Source: Actinomycetes bacterium (GTDB taxonomy: Bacteria > Actinomycetota > Thermoleophilia > RBG-16-64-13). Taken from it: a DNA stretch of 64,000 nucleotides. Below the pieces are notes generated by a model. The model had not been told where the DNA came from. It did not search any database and saw only the letters and a program-made list of their open reading frames with translations. This document shows, piece by piece, positions 1-9,583 of the stretch. How positions within the stretch are numbered: the first letter of the stretch is position 1; each line of letters starts with the position of its first letter. The position numbers were made by a program, and so were the translations under genes. The stretch spans positions 34,609-98,608 of the forward strand of contig JAGXFV010000006.1 in NCBI GenBank assembly GCA_024637095.1. The letters are read 5' to 3'.

Positions 1-479
1 GTACAGAGCGGCCTCGGCGACCTCGGCGGCCAGAGGCAGATCCTCTTTGCCCTCGGTCTCGATCCCGTAGTAACCGGCGAACCGGCGAAGCTTCAAGGGA
101 TCCTTGATGCGGTAGTCCTTGGTCTCCCCGCGGCCCACGGCGAGCAGAGTCTTCGCCATGTCGCGGCCATGATCGGCGTGGGCAGAAGCGCCCCCCGCGC
201 AGGAGCGGAGATAATTACGAGCGGCAACAGTGCCCAGAGTGGCTCCGCACACGCCACGCTTGTCGTTCTTGTCCTGGCCTGTGAACCGGCAAGGGCCCAT
301 GAAACAGATCTTGCAGCAGGCCCCTTCCCCCCCTACGGAACAGTACTTGCCCTTCTCGTCGACCCGGGAGAACATCGTCGAGATTCCCTTTTCCTCCGCG
401 ACCTTGAGCATTTCTTGGGCCGCCGGGTCCATCGATTTGTGCGCGTAGCCGTTTCCGTTTCCGGTCTTCTTTTCTGCCA
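1..479 (-). CDS. cooS: Carbon monoxide dehydrogenase catalytic subunit (CooS/AcsA), N-terminal 159 aa only; gene runs off the window start
   Basis: Minus-strand translation from ATG at 479: MAEKKTGNGNGYAHKSMDPAAQEMLKVAEEKGISTMFSRVDEKGKYCSVGGEGACCKICFMGPCRF...GVCGATLGTVAARNYLRSCAGGASAHADHG. This matches the CODH N-terminal B/D-cluster cysteine motifs (CCxxC..GPCR; GxCGAT; AAGAxxH). AAGGAG RBS sits 7 nt upstream. Confidence 0.85.
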
Positions 480-504
480 TTCTCGATGGTGCTCCTTTCT
501 GCTT

Positions 505-1446
505 TTACTGCTGCTCGCCCTGCAGGCTCGCGATAGCCTGACGGACGAGTTCGGCCGATTCCGGATGCCTGAGAACGAGAACCTCGCCGCCGGCCACCAG
601 CAGGCTGATCGCCGTGAGCGACTCCCACATCAGGCCGCGGGTCTTCCGGTCGCCCGTGCCGGGCAGTTCGTCCTCCCCGACCTTGGTTTCTTTGGCCTTC
701 CAGGCCTCCTGACCCACGGTAGCGATGATGGGCATCTGCATCTTCGGATCGTTTTGGGCCAGGGCCGCCAACCGGTCGCGCTCGAAAACCGTGTACGAGT
801 ACTCGAGCCCGTAGCCGAGAGCGCCGGTGGTGGGGTCCATCATGATGTTGGTTTCTTCGACACCCAGCTGACCGAGAAGCACGTTGAGCTGCTTGGCCAG
901 GTTGACGTCGATTGGCGAGAAGGCGATCACGCCGTGCTTGAAGCCCATGGAGGCCGCCCCTACCTGACGGTAGTTGTCCTCTTCGGCATTGCCCAGCACC
1001 ACGCGCTTCTCACCGGCCGCCTCCGACACCTCGCGGAGGACTTCGGCGTCAAGGTCGATATCTCCCGATCCAACCACGACAAAGGGCACATCTAGTGAAT
1101 CGATTACCTCCTTGGCGGCGGCTGCTGCTTCTTTGGGATCCCGGGCCACGCCGTTGGGATCCGTCGACTTCAGGCGCAGATAGATGAACTGCGCACCGAA
1201 GTCCTCTACGACCTTCTTGGCCCATGCCTTGGGGTCGTCGTAGACGTCTTGATAGATCTCGTTCAGCTCCGGAGACCAGTCGTCGGGCGCGGCGTCCCAC
1301 ACCTCGAAGCCGATCACCGGCGCGTTGGGCATCTCGCCCTCAAAGGTCTGGAAAGGAAATGTCGATTCCCCTCCAACCGTGAGATCGCCGATCTTGGATT
1401 CGCGGATGCTGCCTTTGTAGTTCTCGTTCGGTGCCTGGAACGCCAC
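505..1446 (-). CDS. acsD: Acetyl-CoA decarbonylase/synthase delta subunit / corrinoid iron-sulfur protein small subunit (AcsD/CdhD), TIM-barrel
   Basis: 313 aa. VIGFEVWDAAPDDW, FIYLRL, VVVGSGD, LGNAEEDNY, GALGYGLEYSYTVFERDRL are conserved blocks of bacterial AcsD. Lies 25 nt upstream of cooS. Confidence 0.85.
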   Translation of the reverse strand: MAFQAPNENYKGSIRESKIGDLTVGGESTFPFQTFEGEMPNAPVIGFEVWDAAPDDWSPELNEIYQDVYDDPKAWAKKVVEDFGAQFIYLRLKSTDPNGVARDPKEAAAAAKEVIDSLDVPFVVVGSGDIDLDAEVLREVSEAAGEKRVVLGNAEEDNYRQVGAASMGFKHGVIAFSPIDVNLAKQLNVLLGQLGVEETNIMMDPTTGALGYGLEYSYTVFERDRLAALAQNDPKMQMPIIATVGQEAWKAKETKVGEDELPGTGDRKTRGLMWESLTAISLLVAGGEVLVLRHPESAELVRQAIASLQGEQQ

Positions 1447-1512
1447 GCGTCTTACTCCTTCCCTGCCATTTGAGCTGCTCTCTCGCCTGTGATTCGGGCT
1501 ACTCCGGATGCC

Positions 1513-2478
1513 CTAGCGCTCGGCCAGCAGGCGCGCGGCCCGAAGAGTGTTCTTGGCCAACATCATGTTGGTCACGGAGCCGACGCCACCCGGGACGGGA
1601 GTGATGGCCTTCGCCTTCTCCTTGACCTGATCGAAGTTCACGTCCCCCACGGTCTTGCTCGGGGCGTCGGTGAGGTCGGCGGCGCACTGTCGGCAGGGGC
1701 TCTTCTTGCCGCGGTTGTACGTCTGGCACTCGGGACAGACGATGACGCGGTTGATACCGACGTCGATGACAACCGCCCCCTCCTTGACCTGGTCGGCGTT
1801 GACCAGATTGGGAACGCCGGCCGCCACGATCAGGTAATCCGCAGTGGTTGTGTGCTTCTCAAGATTCCCCTTCTGCGAGGTGAAGACATGGGCCGTAGTT
1901 GTGGTCGCATTCCGGTTGAGGCTGAGGAAGCTGACCGGCTTGCCCACGATATTGGAGTGGCCTACGACACAGATCTCTGCGCCCTCGAAGCCGTCTTTGG
2001 GATCGATGCCCTCACCGGCCATGTACCGCTCCATCAGTTCGATACAGGCGGACGGTGTAGCAGGCGGGAAAGTCGGTTCACCCAAAGCCAGCTTGCCCAT
2101 GTTAAACGGGTGAAAGCAATCGATGTCTTTGTCGACGCTAATGGAGTTGATCACCGCCGAGTCGGAGATGTGCTCGGGAAATGGTCTGAGCGGAAGTATA
2201 CCGGATATTTGTGCGTCTTGATTCAAACTATTCACGATTTCGATAACGTCCTGCTCGGTGACGTCCTCGGGGTGGGTTTCTTCCCGGTATTTGAAGCCCA
2301 TCTCCCCACAGAACTTCTCCACCGCGCCGCGGTACATCTTGGCGCCGAAGTTGTCGCCCACCAGCAGCGTCGCGATTCCCGGCTCGATGCCCTTGCCTTT
2401 CAGCTCTTCGAGCTCTCGCGCGAGCTCCCCGCGAATCTCCTCCGCAATAGCCTTACCGTCGATGATCTTTGCCGCCAT
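1513..2478 (-). CDS. folD: Bifunctional methylene-THF dehydrogenase / methenyl-THF cyclohydrolase FolD, with ~25-aa Cys4 insertion
   Basis: Start ATG at 2478 (MAAKIIDGKAIAEEIRGEL) with GAGGGGGA RBS. Conserved KxSxxYxxxK-region, VVGHSNIVGKP, VIDVGINRV, TPVPGGVGSVT. Insert CPECQTYNRGKKSPCRQC between GINRV and VGDV. Confidence 0.9.
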   Translation of the reverse strand: MAAKIIDGKAIAEEIRGELARELEELKGKGIEPGIATLLVGDNFGAKMYRGAVEKFCGEMGFKYREETHPEDVTEQDVIEIVNSLNQDAQISGILPLRPFPEHISDSAVINSISVDKDIDCFHPFNMGKLALGEPTFPPATPSACIELMERYMAGEGIDPKDGFEGAEICVVGHSNIVGKPVSFLSLNRNATTTTAHVFTSQKGNLEKHTTTADYLIVAAGVPNLVNADQVKEGAVVIDVGINRVIVCPECQTYNRGKKSPCRQCAADLTDAPSKTVGDVNFDQVKEKAKAITPVPGGVGSVTNMMLAKNTLRAARLLAER

Positions 2479-2586
2479 GCGTCCCCCTCTGTATATCGAA
2501 TGATATTGTCCTGCACTCTGCATTCCACCCGGAACGGCGGGGAGCCGGTCCGCCGTTGGCTCTTGCGCCCTGGCTCCCAGGCGGTG

Positions 2587-3212
2587 CTAGCCCAGTTTTT
2601 CGTAGGTCAGCCGCAGAACCTTCTGCCGGAGCTGCCAGACCTCGTCCATGATGGCCTGCATCCGGGCCCAGCTCACCTGGTTGTACTCCTGGTCCGAGAT
2701 GTAGCCCACGTTGATCTTCACATTGAGAGCCGCGCTCTCCGCCGCCGCGTCGGCGAGGAGCACGGCCACGCCGGCGTCGCTGACCGCGTTGACGTTACCG
2801 ATCTGGGCCGCCGTCAGACTGAGTTTAGCCACCCGCAGCGATTGTTCGCCGATCGCCAGCGGCACGTTGGCCGCTTCCTTGAGGGATTCCTGCATCCTGC
2901 GGTCGCGCTCGGCCTTCTGCTCTTCGGTTTCGCGGGGCAGCTTCATCGCCGCGGAGACCGCAGCGTAGGCCTCAGTGTCGCTCTGCACCAGATCTTGGAG
3001 AATGGCCCGGACCTCTTCGGCTTCCGCCAACAGCAACTGAACCCGGTCCTCCACGTCGGCGTACTTCTCCTTGCCGAGCGTGAGGTTCGCGACCATGCTC
3101 ACCAGCCCCGCTCCCAGCGCGCCCGCCAGGGCCGCGACGCTTCCGCCCCCCGGTTCCGGGCTGGAGGTGGCCAGTTTGTCGAGAAAGGCCTTGATGCTGC
3201 CGTCGACATAGG
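2587..3212 (-). CDS. fchA: Methenyltetrahydrofolate cyclohydrolase (FchA; formiminotransferase-cyclodeaminase C-domain family)
   Basis: GTG start at 3212 preceded by GGGAG RBS. VSKSYVDGSIKAFLDKLATSSPEPGGGSVAALAGALGAGL is the typical FTCD_C / FchA signature. The upstream part of the 252-aa track ORF overlaps cooC and is rejected. Confidence 0.75.
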
Positions 3213-3241
3213 ACTTGCTCACAGTGATCTCCCTAAAGCCG

Positions 3242-4006
3242 TCATTCCTTCTTGCCCGCCTGCCCCCCGTCGAGCACGTACTGGTCCACCAGATCACGCA
3301 CCGCCACGCGGCTAACGGCGTCGTTGCCCAGCGCAAAGACGTCAAGCCCGGCGAGGTCGTTTTCGAAGATGGCCGGGTCTTGGGGAATCGTCACCGCAGG
3401 CTCGAGCGAAGTGTGCTCGAGCAGCGGCTCCACATCCAAACCCTCCGGCACGCGGTTGACCACCACGTACCGTTTCTTGACCACGAGCCCCATCTCGTCG
3501 ATCAGTTCGTTGACCCGCTCTACGGTCCGCATTCCGCGCACGGTGGGGTCCGTGACCACGAACATCACATCGACGTCCCTGGTGGTGTGCCGGCTGAGGT
3601 GTTCGAGGCCACCCTCATTGTCCATCAGCACCCACTCGTACTCCTTGGCCAACGTCTTGATGTACTCCCTTAGGAGGTTGTTGGCGTAGCAGTAGCAGCC
3701 GGGGCCTTCCGGACGGCCCATAACCAACAGGTCGTAGCCCTTGGCTTCGGCCAGGGCCTCGTGCATCTTGTACTCGATCCAGCTCTGCTTATCCCAACCG
3801 GTCGGGATCTCGCGCGCGCCGACGAAGGCTTCCTCCCGCAGGCCACCAACAGTGGCCGGAGCCGTGACGCCCAAGACCTCGCCCAGGTTGGCGTTCGGGT
3901 CCGCGTCCACCACCAAGATCGGCGCCTCATCTCGCTCGACCAATTCACGAAGGATGAGACCCGTCAGGGTGGTCTTGCCCGTCCCCCCTTTGCCGGCCAC
4001 CGCCAC
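3242..4006 (-). CDS. cooC: CODH nickel-insertion accessory ATPase CooC/AcsF (MinD/ParA-like)
   Basis: MAVAGKGGTGKTTLTGLI deviant Walker A; 254 aa; CPGxYCYANN-like motif (GPGCYCYANN). Confidence 0.85.
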   Translation of the reverse strand: MAVAGKGGTGKTTLTGLILRELVERDEAPILVVDADPNANLGEVLGVTAPATVGGLREEAFVGAREIPTGWDKQSWIEYKMHEALAEAKGYDLLVMGRPEGPGCYCYANNLLREYIKTLAKEYEWVLMDNEGGLEHLSRHTTRDVDVMFVVTDPTVRGMRTVERVNELIDEMGLVVKKRYVVVNRVPEGLDVEPLLEHTSLEPAVTIPQDPAIFENDLAGLDVFALGNDAVSRVAVRDLVDQYVLDGGQAGKKE

Positions 4007-4020
4007 GGTTCGCGTTTCGC

Positions 4021-5979
4021 TCAGGATGCTCCTCCGTTCAGCTGATTGAGCACATTTTCCATGTTGGGGAAGTAGGTCATGTCCGTGTGGGGCAGGAACA
4101 TGGCCGCCATATAGTAGTCCATGAAGGTCTGGTTGTCGGAAAGCTCCACGTTGGTCACCGAGGTGGCAATCTGCTCCGCCGAGCGCAGCATGTCCTTGGA
4201 GAGTGACACCAGCCTCGCGCCAAGCAACGAGCCATTGCCCACGAAGGTGAATTTCTCGTAGTCGATCTCGGGGAAGAGGCCGATGGCCTGGGCCTGCTCG
4301 ATCCTCAGGTACTTGCCGAAACCCCCCGCGACCAAGACCTGCTCCAGGTCGCTCCAGTCGAGCGCCACGCTCTCCAACAAGGTCTGGATGCCCGCGTAGA
4401 TGGCCGCTTTGGCGCGCACCAGGTTGTCGATATCCGCCTCGGTGATGACGATGTCGTCTCCCGTGCCGGAGTACTCGGCCTCGACCAGGACGTACTCGGT
4501 GGCCCCCTCGGTCTCACGCACCCGCCAGGTGTCGAGCTCTGTGCGGAACTTGCCGTTCTGGGTGATCACCCCGGTTTCCAGGAGCTCAGCGACGGCGTCG
4601 ATTATCCCGGACCCACAGATACCCACCGGAGAGACCTCGCTTATGGTCAGGATCGTGGGGTCGTAGGTCACCGGATCGATGCGCACGCTTTCGACGGCAC
4701 CATCCGTCGCCCGCATGCCGTGCTTTATCCCGCCCCCCTCGAACGCCGGTCCGGCGGAACACGAGGTGGCTATCAGCCAGTCCCGGTTGCCCACCACGGC
4801 CTCGCCGTTGGTGCCGATGTCCATGTAAAGCGTGATCTTTTCGGTGCGAAACATGCCGGAACCCAGTATGCCGGAAACGATGTCTCCGCCGACGTAGCTG
4901 GAGACGCTGGGGAATGTGTAGAGGTGGACATGACGGCCAACCTCGATCCCGTCGCCCAGATTCGCCGCTCTGACCGGCGGAATGAAGTCCGCGGGAGGCA
5001 CGTATGGCGCCATCCGCAAATACTTGGGGTCGATACCGACCAACAGGCTGGTCATCGTGGTGTTGCCCGCAGCCACGAGATGGCTGATCTTCATGCGGTC
5101 GACGCCGGAGGAGGCCACCAGACTGTCGATGATGTCGTTTATGGTATTGACGATCGACTGCTGCAAACGCTCCCGGCCGCGGCTCTTTTGGGAGAAGACG
5201 ATTCGGCTGATGACATCCTCGCCGAAGCTGATCTGCCGGTTGTACTCGGAGGCCTGGGCCAGGCTCACCCCCTGCTTGAGGTCGAGCAACTGTCCCCAGA
5301 CGGTGGTGGTGCCGATGTCGAGGACCACCGAGTAATCCTCATTGCATACGGCACCCGGCTCGAGGTTGATCACCTTGTATCCGTAATTGGTGTCGACCAC
5401 CGTCGCCGTAACCGTCCAATTCTGCTCGCGCAGGATGTGCGGCATGTTGCGGATCCAGATGGAGTCCACCGATGCGTTCTCCAAGAGCTGCTCGTCCTTC
5501 AGCCCCTTCTTGAAGCGGGCAAGGTCGTTCATGTTGTCGAGCGTGGTGGGCTCGGGCAGCGTGAGACAGACCTTTTTCACCACCGGGTCGAGGGTCCAGT
5601 CCGCGACCAGTGATTCCAGCTCTGCGGGAGTGAGCAGCTTGCCCTTGCGGTCGCCCACCAACTCCCGATCGAGCACCGCAGCGTTACCCATGCGCGAAGT
5701 CTCGGGGACGAAGACCACGGCATCCGAGCGCAGGTAGGTCTGACAGGCCAGCCGAAGGCCGGATTGCCAGTCGGCGTCGTCGAGCTTCGAAGAACGCTCG
5801 GACAGAATCTCGCCGGACACCAGTTTGATTACGCACTTCCCGCAGGAACCGGCCCCGCCACAGGAGGCGTTGATGTGGATGCCGGAACGCATGGCCGCGC
5901 GCAGAATAGATTCATCCGGGGCGACGTCGCTGATAGCGACGTCGCCCGGCTGAAAGGTGAGGGTGTAGCGCTCGGTCAC
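4021..5979 (-). CDS. Reductive activator of corrinoid iron-sulfur protein (RACo-like; [2Fe-2S] ferredoxin + ASKHA ATPase domain)
   Basis: 652 aa. N-terminal plant-type ferredoxin motif ASCGGAGSCGKCVIKL...C, followed by an ASKHA-type domain (DIGTTTV...DIGTNGE...GICGSG). Confidence 0.75.
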   Translation of the reverse strand: MTERYTLTFQPGDVAISDVAPDESILRAAMRSGIHINASCGGAGSCGKCVIKLVSGEILSERSSKLDDADWQSGLRLACQTYLRSDAVVFVPETSRMGNAAVLDRELVGDRKGKLLTPAELESLVADWTLDPVVKKVCLTLPEPTTLDNMNDLARFKKGLKDEQLLENASVDSIWIRNMPHILREQNWTVTATVVDTNYGYKVINLEPGAVCNEDYSVVLDIGTTTVWGQLLDLKQGVSLAQASEYNRQISFGEDVISRIVFSQKSRGRERLQQSIVNTINDIIDSLVASSGVDRMKISHLVAAGNTTMTSLLVGIDPKYLRMAPYVPPADFIPPVRAANLGDGIEVGRHVHLYTFPSVSSYVGGDIVSGILGSGMFRTEKITLYMDIGTNGEAVVGNRDWLIATSCSAGPAFEGGGIKHGMRATDGAVESVRIDPVTYDPTILTISEVSPVGICGSGIIDAVAELLETGVITQNGKFRTELDTWRVRETEGATEYVLVEAEYSGTGDDIVITEADIDNLVRAKAAIYAGIQTLLESVALDWSDLEQVLVAGGFGKYLRIEQAQAIGLFPEIDYEKFTFVGNGSLLGARLVSLSKDMLRSAEQIATSVTNVELSDNQTFMDYYMAAMFLPHTDMTYFPNMENVLNQLNGGAS

Positions 5980-6016
5980 GCTACACCCTCGAACCGTTTT
6001 TTACCGGAGACAGCAC

Positions 6017-7690
6017 TTAGAACAGGCCGACGATCTTCCCGTCACTGGTCAGGTCGATCTTCTCGGCGGCCGGCTTCTTGGGCAGGCCGGGCATGGTCAT
6101 CATCTTGCCGCAAACGGGGATGATGAAGCCGGAGCCCGTGTTCAGCCGCACCTCACGCACGGTTAGACGCCAATCCCTCGGCCGGCCGAGCTTCGTCTTG
6201 TCGTCGGAGAGGGAGGCCTGAGTCTTGGCCATGCAGATGGGCAGGTCGCTGTAGCCCAGCTGATTGATCCGCTCAATAGACTCTTCCGCGTCGGAGGCGT
6301 AGTCCACGCCATCGGCGCCGTAGATCTTGGTTGCGATCGCCTCGATCTTCTCTTTTATGGGCTGCTTGACGTCGTAGAGGAACTTGAAGTCCGGCTTCTC
6401 CTCGGAGCACATGCGCACGATCTCCCGCGCCAGCTCCGCGCCGCCTTCGCCTCCGTTGGCCCACACGTCGGACAGCACGACCTTGGAGCCCATCTCCTTG
6501 ACCCGCTTGTCCAGGTGCGCCAACTCGGCATCGGTGTCCGTGGGGAACTTGTTGATGGCGACCACGACGGGTACGCCGAACAGTTGCATGTTCTCGACGT
6601 GTTTCTCGAGGTTCTCCAGGCCCTTGTCCAGCGCGTCGACGTTCTCTTCCTTCAGGTTCTCGAAGGGGACTCCGCCGTGCATCTTCAGCGCGCGGACGGT
6701 GGCCACGAGCACCACGGCGTCCGGGACCAGGCCGGCGTAACGACACTTGATGTCGAAGAATTTCTCCGCGCCCAGGTCGGCGGCGAAGCCTGCTTCGGTG
6801 ACCACGTAGTCGGCCAGCTTGAGAGCCAGCTTGGTCGCCTGCACCGAGTTACAGCCGTGGGCGATGTTCGCGAAGGGGCCGCCGTGCACGATGGCAGGAG
6901 TGTTCTCCAGAGTCTGCACCAGGTTGGGCATGAGGGCGTCCTTGAGCAGGACGGCCATGGAGCCCGAGGCCTTGATGTCGGCGGCGGTGACCGCCTTCCC
7001 GTCTTTGTCGAAGCCCAGGGTCACGCGGCCCAGCCGATCCTTGAGATCGTCCAGGTCGTTCGCCAGGCAGAGGATGGCCATGACCTCGGAGGCCACGGTG
7101 ATGTCGAAGCGGGTGTCGCGTTCGACGCCCTCGCCTTCCTTGCCGACAGTGACGGCACGCAGGGCGCGGTCGTTCAGGTCGACCACCCGCGGCCAAACGA
7201 TGTTCTCAGTGTCTATGTTGAGATCGTTGCCCTGGAAGAGGTGGTTGTCGAGAATGGCGGCGCAGAGGTTATGCGCCGTGGTGATCGCGTGCAGGTCGCC
7301 GGTGAAATGGAGGTTTATGTCCTCCATGGGGACCACCTGGGCGTAGCCACCGCCTGCGGCGCCGCCCTTGATCCCAAAAGAAGGACCCAGAGAAGGCTCG
7401 CGGAGAGTGGTGATGACCGATTCGCCGATCTTGGCCAGTCCCATCGAGAGACCGACGTTGGTGGTGGTTTTCCCCTCACCCGCTGGGGTCGGCGTAATCG
7501 CGGTGCAGAGAATCAGTTTACCGTCGGGATTGTCTTTGACCCGGTCCATGACGTCGAGGTGAATCTTCGCCTTGTATTTCCCATACAGATCGAGATCATC
7601 CGCCGAGAGGCCAAGCTGGTCAGCCACCTCGATGATCGGCTTAAGCTCAGCCTCTTGCGCGATTTCGATATCGCTCTTGTACTCCGCCAA
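6017..7690 (-). CDS. fhs: Formate--tetrahydrofolate ligase (formyl-THF synthetase)
   Basis: 557 aa, TTG start with [61 protein letters not shown] are canonical Fhs blocks. Confidence 0.95.
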   Translation of the reverse strand: MAEYKSDIEIAQEAELKPIIEVADQLGLSADDLDLYGKYKAKIHLDVMDRVKDNPDGKLILCTAITPTPAGEGKTTTNVGLSMGLAKIGESVITTLREPSLGPSFGIKGGAAGGGYAQVVPMEDINLHFTGDLHAITTAHNLCAAILDNHLFQGNDLNIDTENIVWPRVVDLNDRALRAVTVGKEGEGVERDTRFDITVASEVMAILCLANDLDDLKDRLGRVTLGFDKDGKAVTAADIKASGSMAVLLKDALMPNLVQTLENTPAIVHGGPFANIAHGCNSVQATKLALKLADYVVTEAGFAADLGAEKFFDIKCRYAGLVPDAVVLVATVRALKMHGGVPFENLKEENVDALDKGLENLEKHVENMQLFGVPVVVAINKFPTDTDAELAHLDKRVKEMGSKVVLSDVWANGGEGGAELAREIVRMCSEEKPDFKFLYDVKQPIKEKIEAIATKIYGADGVDYASDAEESIERINQLGYSDLPICMAKTQASLSDDKTKLGRPRDWRLTVREVRLNTGSGFIIPVCGKMMTMPGLPKKPAAEKIDLTSDGKIVGLF

Positions 7691-7716
7691 TGCCCCTCCC
7701 CTTTACCCGTTTCAGC

Positions 7717-7744
7717 TGGCGCGACGATTCTAAGTGACAAAGAT
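7717..7744 (-). promoter_or_regulatory. Putative sigma70-type promoter upstream of fhs (TTGCGT-16-TAGAAT, minus strand)
   Basis: Read on the minus strand about 30-55 nt upstream of the fhs TTG start. The sequence itself shows no other signal. Confidence 0.35.
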
Positions 7745-7799
7745 GCTAACGCAAATAGGTAGGACCGTTCAAGCCCGGCCCCGCCCCGCTCCTCCTTCC

Positions 7800-9059
7800 C
7801 TAGGTGCCGTCCATCGAACCGGCACTCTCTCTGGCGGTGATCGCCTCGTTCATGATTTCCTTCAGCGAGCGCCCGGTCTCCTCCGCCACTCGGCGGCAGT
7901 CCTCGTACTCCGGTGAGCACGTAACCTCGACGCCCTTCCAGTAGCCTATCTTGACCGCGACCTCACCGCCCCTCACAGAAACACATTCCGTGCGACGCTC
8001 AAGTTCGTGCCGCCCACTCACCCGCCGTCGCAGGCCGAAAGTGGTCGACTCAACAAATATCATGTCTACGAGTGGGTCTTCGTCCTCGGGCCGGGCGATC
8101 ACGGTAAGTTCCACTCCGGGCCGGCCCTTCTTCATCAGCACCGGAGCCAGGTAGACGTCCAGAGCGCCCAGCGCGAGAAGGCGGCTCTGGAGGAAGCCGA
8201 GGACTTCGGGCGTGGCGTCATCGATGGCGGCCTCGAGGACCAGGCAGGACGAGTCGCCTCTAACCACTGTTTCTTCCCCGAATTCGATAGTGGTTTCAGC
8301 GGGCTTGCCCACGACCACGCGCAGCAGGTTCGGCCCGTGCTCGAGGACACGATGACCAGCCCCGTAACCCACGGCCCGCGGGGTCATGGGCGGCATCCCA
8401 CCCCAGGTGTCGGCCGCTTCGGTGAGAAGCAAGGCGCCCGTGGGCGTCGTCACCTCGGAACTCTCGGGCCCTGCCGAGACCGGCACACCCTCCAGGAGCG
8501 CCAGGGTCGCGGGGGCGGGAATCCCCACATCCCCATGCTCGGTCCGCAGTCTCCCTTGGCCCACGGGCACAGGCCCCACGGCCACGCGCTCGATCCCGAG
8601 TTCGTGAACCAGGCTGAAGAAGCCCACGACGTCGACCATGGTGTCGACCGCGCCCAGTTCGTGGAAGTGCACCTCGTTCACGGGGACGCCGTGCAAATCG
8701 GCCTCGACCCGGGCGAGGCGGTCCAGGGCCTTCAGCGAACGTTCCCGCACCTGCCCCGGCAGCGCGGCCGTCCGGATCAACGCCAAAACCTCTCGAGGTC
8801 CCCGGCGCGGCTGCCGGCCCCCATCCTCCACGGTCAGGCGGGTGCAGGCGAAGCCCTTCTCCACCCCACGCTCCGCGAGAACCCGAACACCCTGTAGGTT
8901 CAGGGCCGCGATGCTCCCGGTCAGCACCCGTTCCAGGTTTTGCTCAGGAAAGGCGTCGAGGAGGGCGGCCAAGAGCATGTCTCCTGCGGCGCCCGCCCAG
9001 AGGTCCACGTAGAGAAGCGTCCTCGGTTCGGACTTGGTCTGATCAGTCTGGTTTTCCAT
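7800..9059 (-). CDS. larC: LarC-family nickel insertion protein (DUF111; pyridinium-3,5-bisthiocarboxylate mononucleotide nickel chelatase-like)
   Basis: 419 aa. LYVDLWAGAAGDMLLAALLD, HFHELGAVDTMVDVVG, LKKGRPG-like MKKGRPGVEL blocks typical of LarC. Confidence 0.8.
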   Translation of the reverse strand: MENQTDQTKSEPRTLLYVDLWAGAAGDMLLAALLDAFPEQNLERVLTGSIAALNLQGVRVLAERGVEKGFACTRLTVEDGGRQPRRGPREVLALIRTAALPGQVRERSLKALDRLARVEADLHGVPVNEVHFHELGAVDTMVDVVGFFSLVHELGIERVAVGPVPVGQGRLRTEHGDVGIPAPATLALLEGVPVSAGPESSEVTTPTGALLLTEAADTWGGMPPMTPRAVGYGAGHRVLEHGPNLLRVVVGKPAETTIEFGEETVVRGDSSCLVLEAAIDDATPEVLGFLQSRLLALGALDVYLAPVLMKKGRPGVELTVIARPEDEDPLVDMIFVESTTFGLRRRVSGRHELERRTECVSVRGGEVAVKIGYWKGVEVTCSPEYEDCRRVAEETGRSLKEIMNEAITARESAGSMDGT

Positions 9060-9129
9060 GGCGGGAAGACTATCTTATGGTCCCGCACCAGGCATCACAA
9101 GCGCGTAGCGAGATCTCGTCTTGGTTTTC

Positions 9130-9158
9130 GTTGCAATAGCGCCCGCATCTTTCTAGAC
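9130..9158 (+). promoter_or_regulatory. Putative promoter of XRE regulator gene (TTGCAA-17-TAGACT)
   Basis: -35 TTGCAA at 9130-9135, 17-nt spacer, -10 TAGACT at 9153-9158, ~55 nt upstream of ATG 9212. Confidence 0.4.
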
Positions 9159-9211
9159 TTCGGGGTATCACCGCCAGCGTACGGAACCCCACCCGAAGCG
9201 GACAAGGAAGA

Positions 9212-9583
9212 ATGATCGAGGAAAGGCTCGCTCACTACATCGGCCGCACCGTGAGGCGCCTGCGCCTGGAGCGCGACTTCACCCTGCAGGCGCTCGCCGA
9301 TGAGTCCGGTATCTCCAAGAGCTACCTGGGGGACATCGAGAAGGGGCGCAAGAATCCGACCACCGACGTCCTCGAGTCGATCGCGCGGGCCCTGGCGGTG
9401 CCGTCGCGGCAACTGCTCTATCAGGCCGCTCTCGAGGAAGGGGCGGCGACGGGAGGTCAGTTGACACTGGAGGAGGACCGTGACGAAGAGATGGAGGTCC
9501 GGGAGATCCAGCAGTTGTCCCGCCGTCTGGGCCCCCGGGACCGACGGCTATTGATAGATCTCGCCCGGCGCCTGTCGAAATGA
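9212..9583 (+). CDS. XRE-family helix-turn-helix transcriptional regulator
   Basis: 123 aa. LRLERDFTLQALADESGISKSYLGDIEKGRKNPTTDVLESIARAL is the Cro/C1 HTH. 4-nt overlap (ATGA) with the downstream CPBP gene. Confidence 0.8.
   Translation: MIEERLAHYIGRTVRRLRLERDFTLQALADESGISKSYLGDIEKGRKNPTTDVLESIARALAVPSRQLLYQAALEEGAATGGQLTLEEDRDEEMEVREIQQLSRRLGPRDRRLLIDLARRLSK

Noticed and set aside
1489-3315. 608-aa plus-strand ORF (and similar long ORFs: 169..1095+, 4720..5613+, 6515..7762+, 8007..8897+, 9945..10739+, 14361..15236-, 17029..17880+, 20848..21630+, 22507..23040+, 25266..26105+, 27458..28726+, 30758..31957+, 34314..35468+, 49467..49919+, 50013..50975+, 54404..55825+, 59575..60276+, 60913..62313+, 62133..63326+)
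   Set aside because: All lie antisense to, or out of frame with, genes with strong family signatures. They are low-complexity (Arg/Gly/Ala/Pro-rich) and typical of stop-codon-poor frames in >65% GC DNA.
3213-3345. Upstream extension of the fchA ORF
   Set aside because: Overlaps the cooC 3' end. A GTG with a GGGAG RBS at 3212 gives a protein of the expected FchA length (~208 aa).
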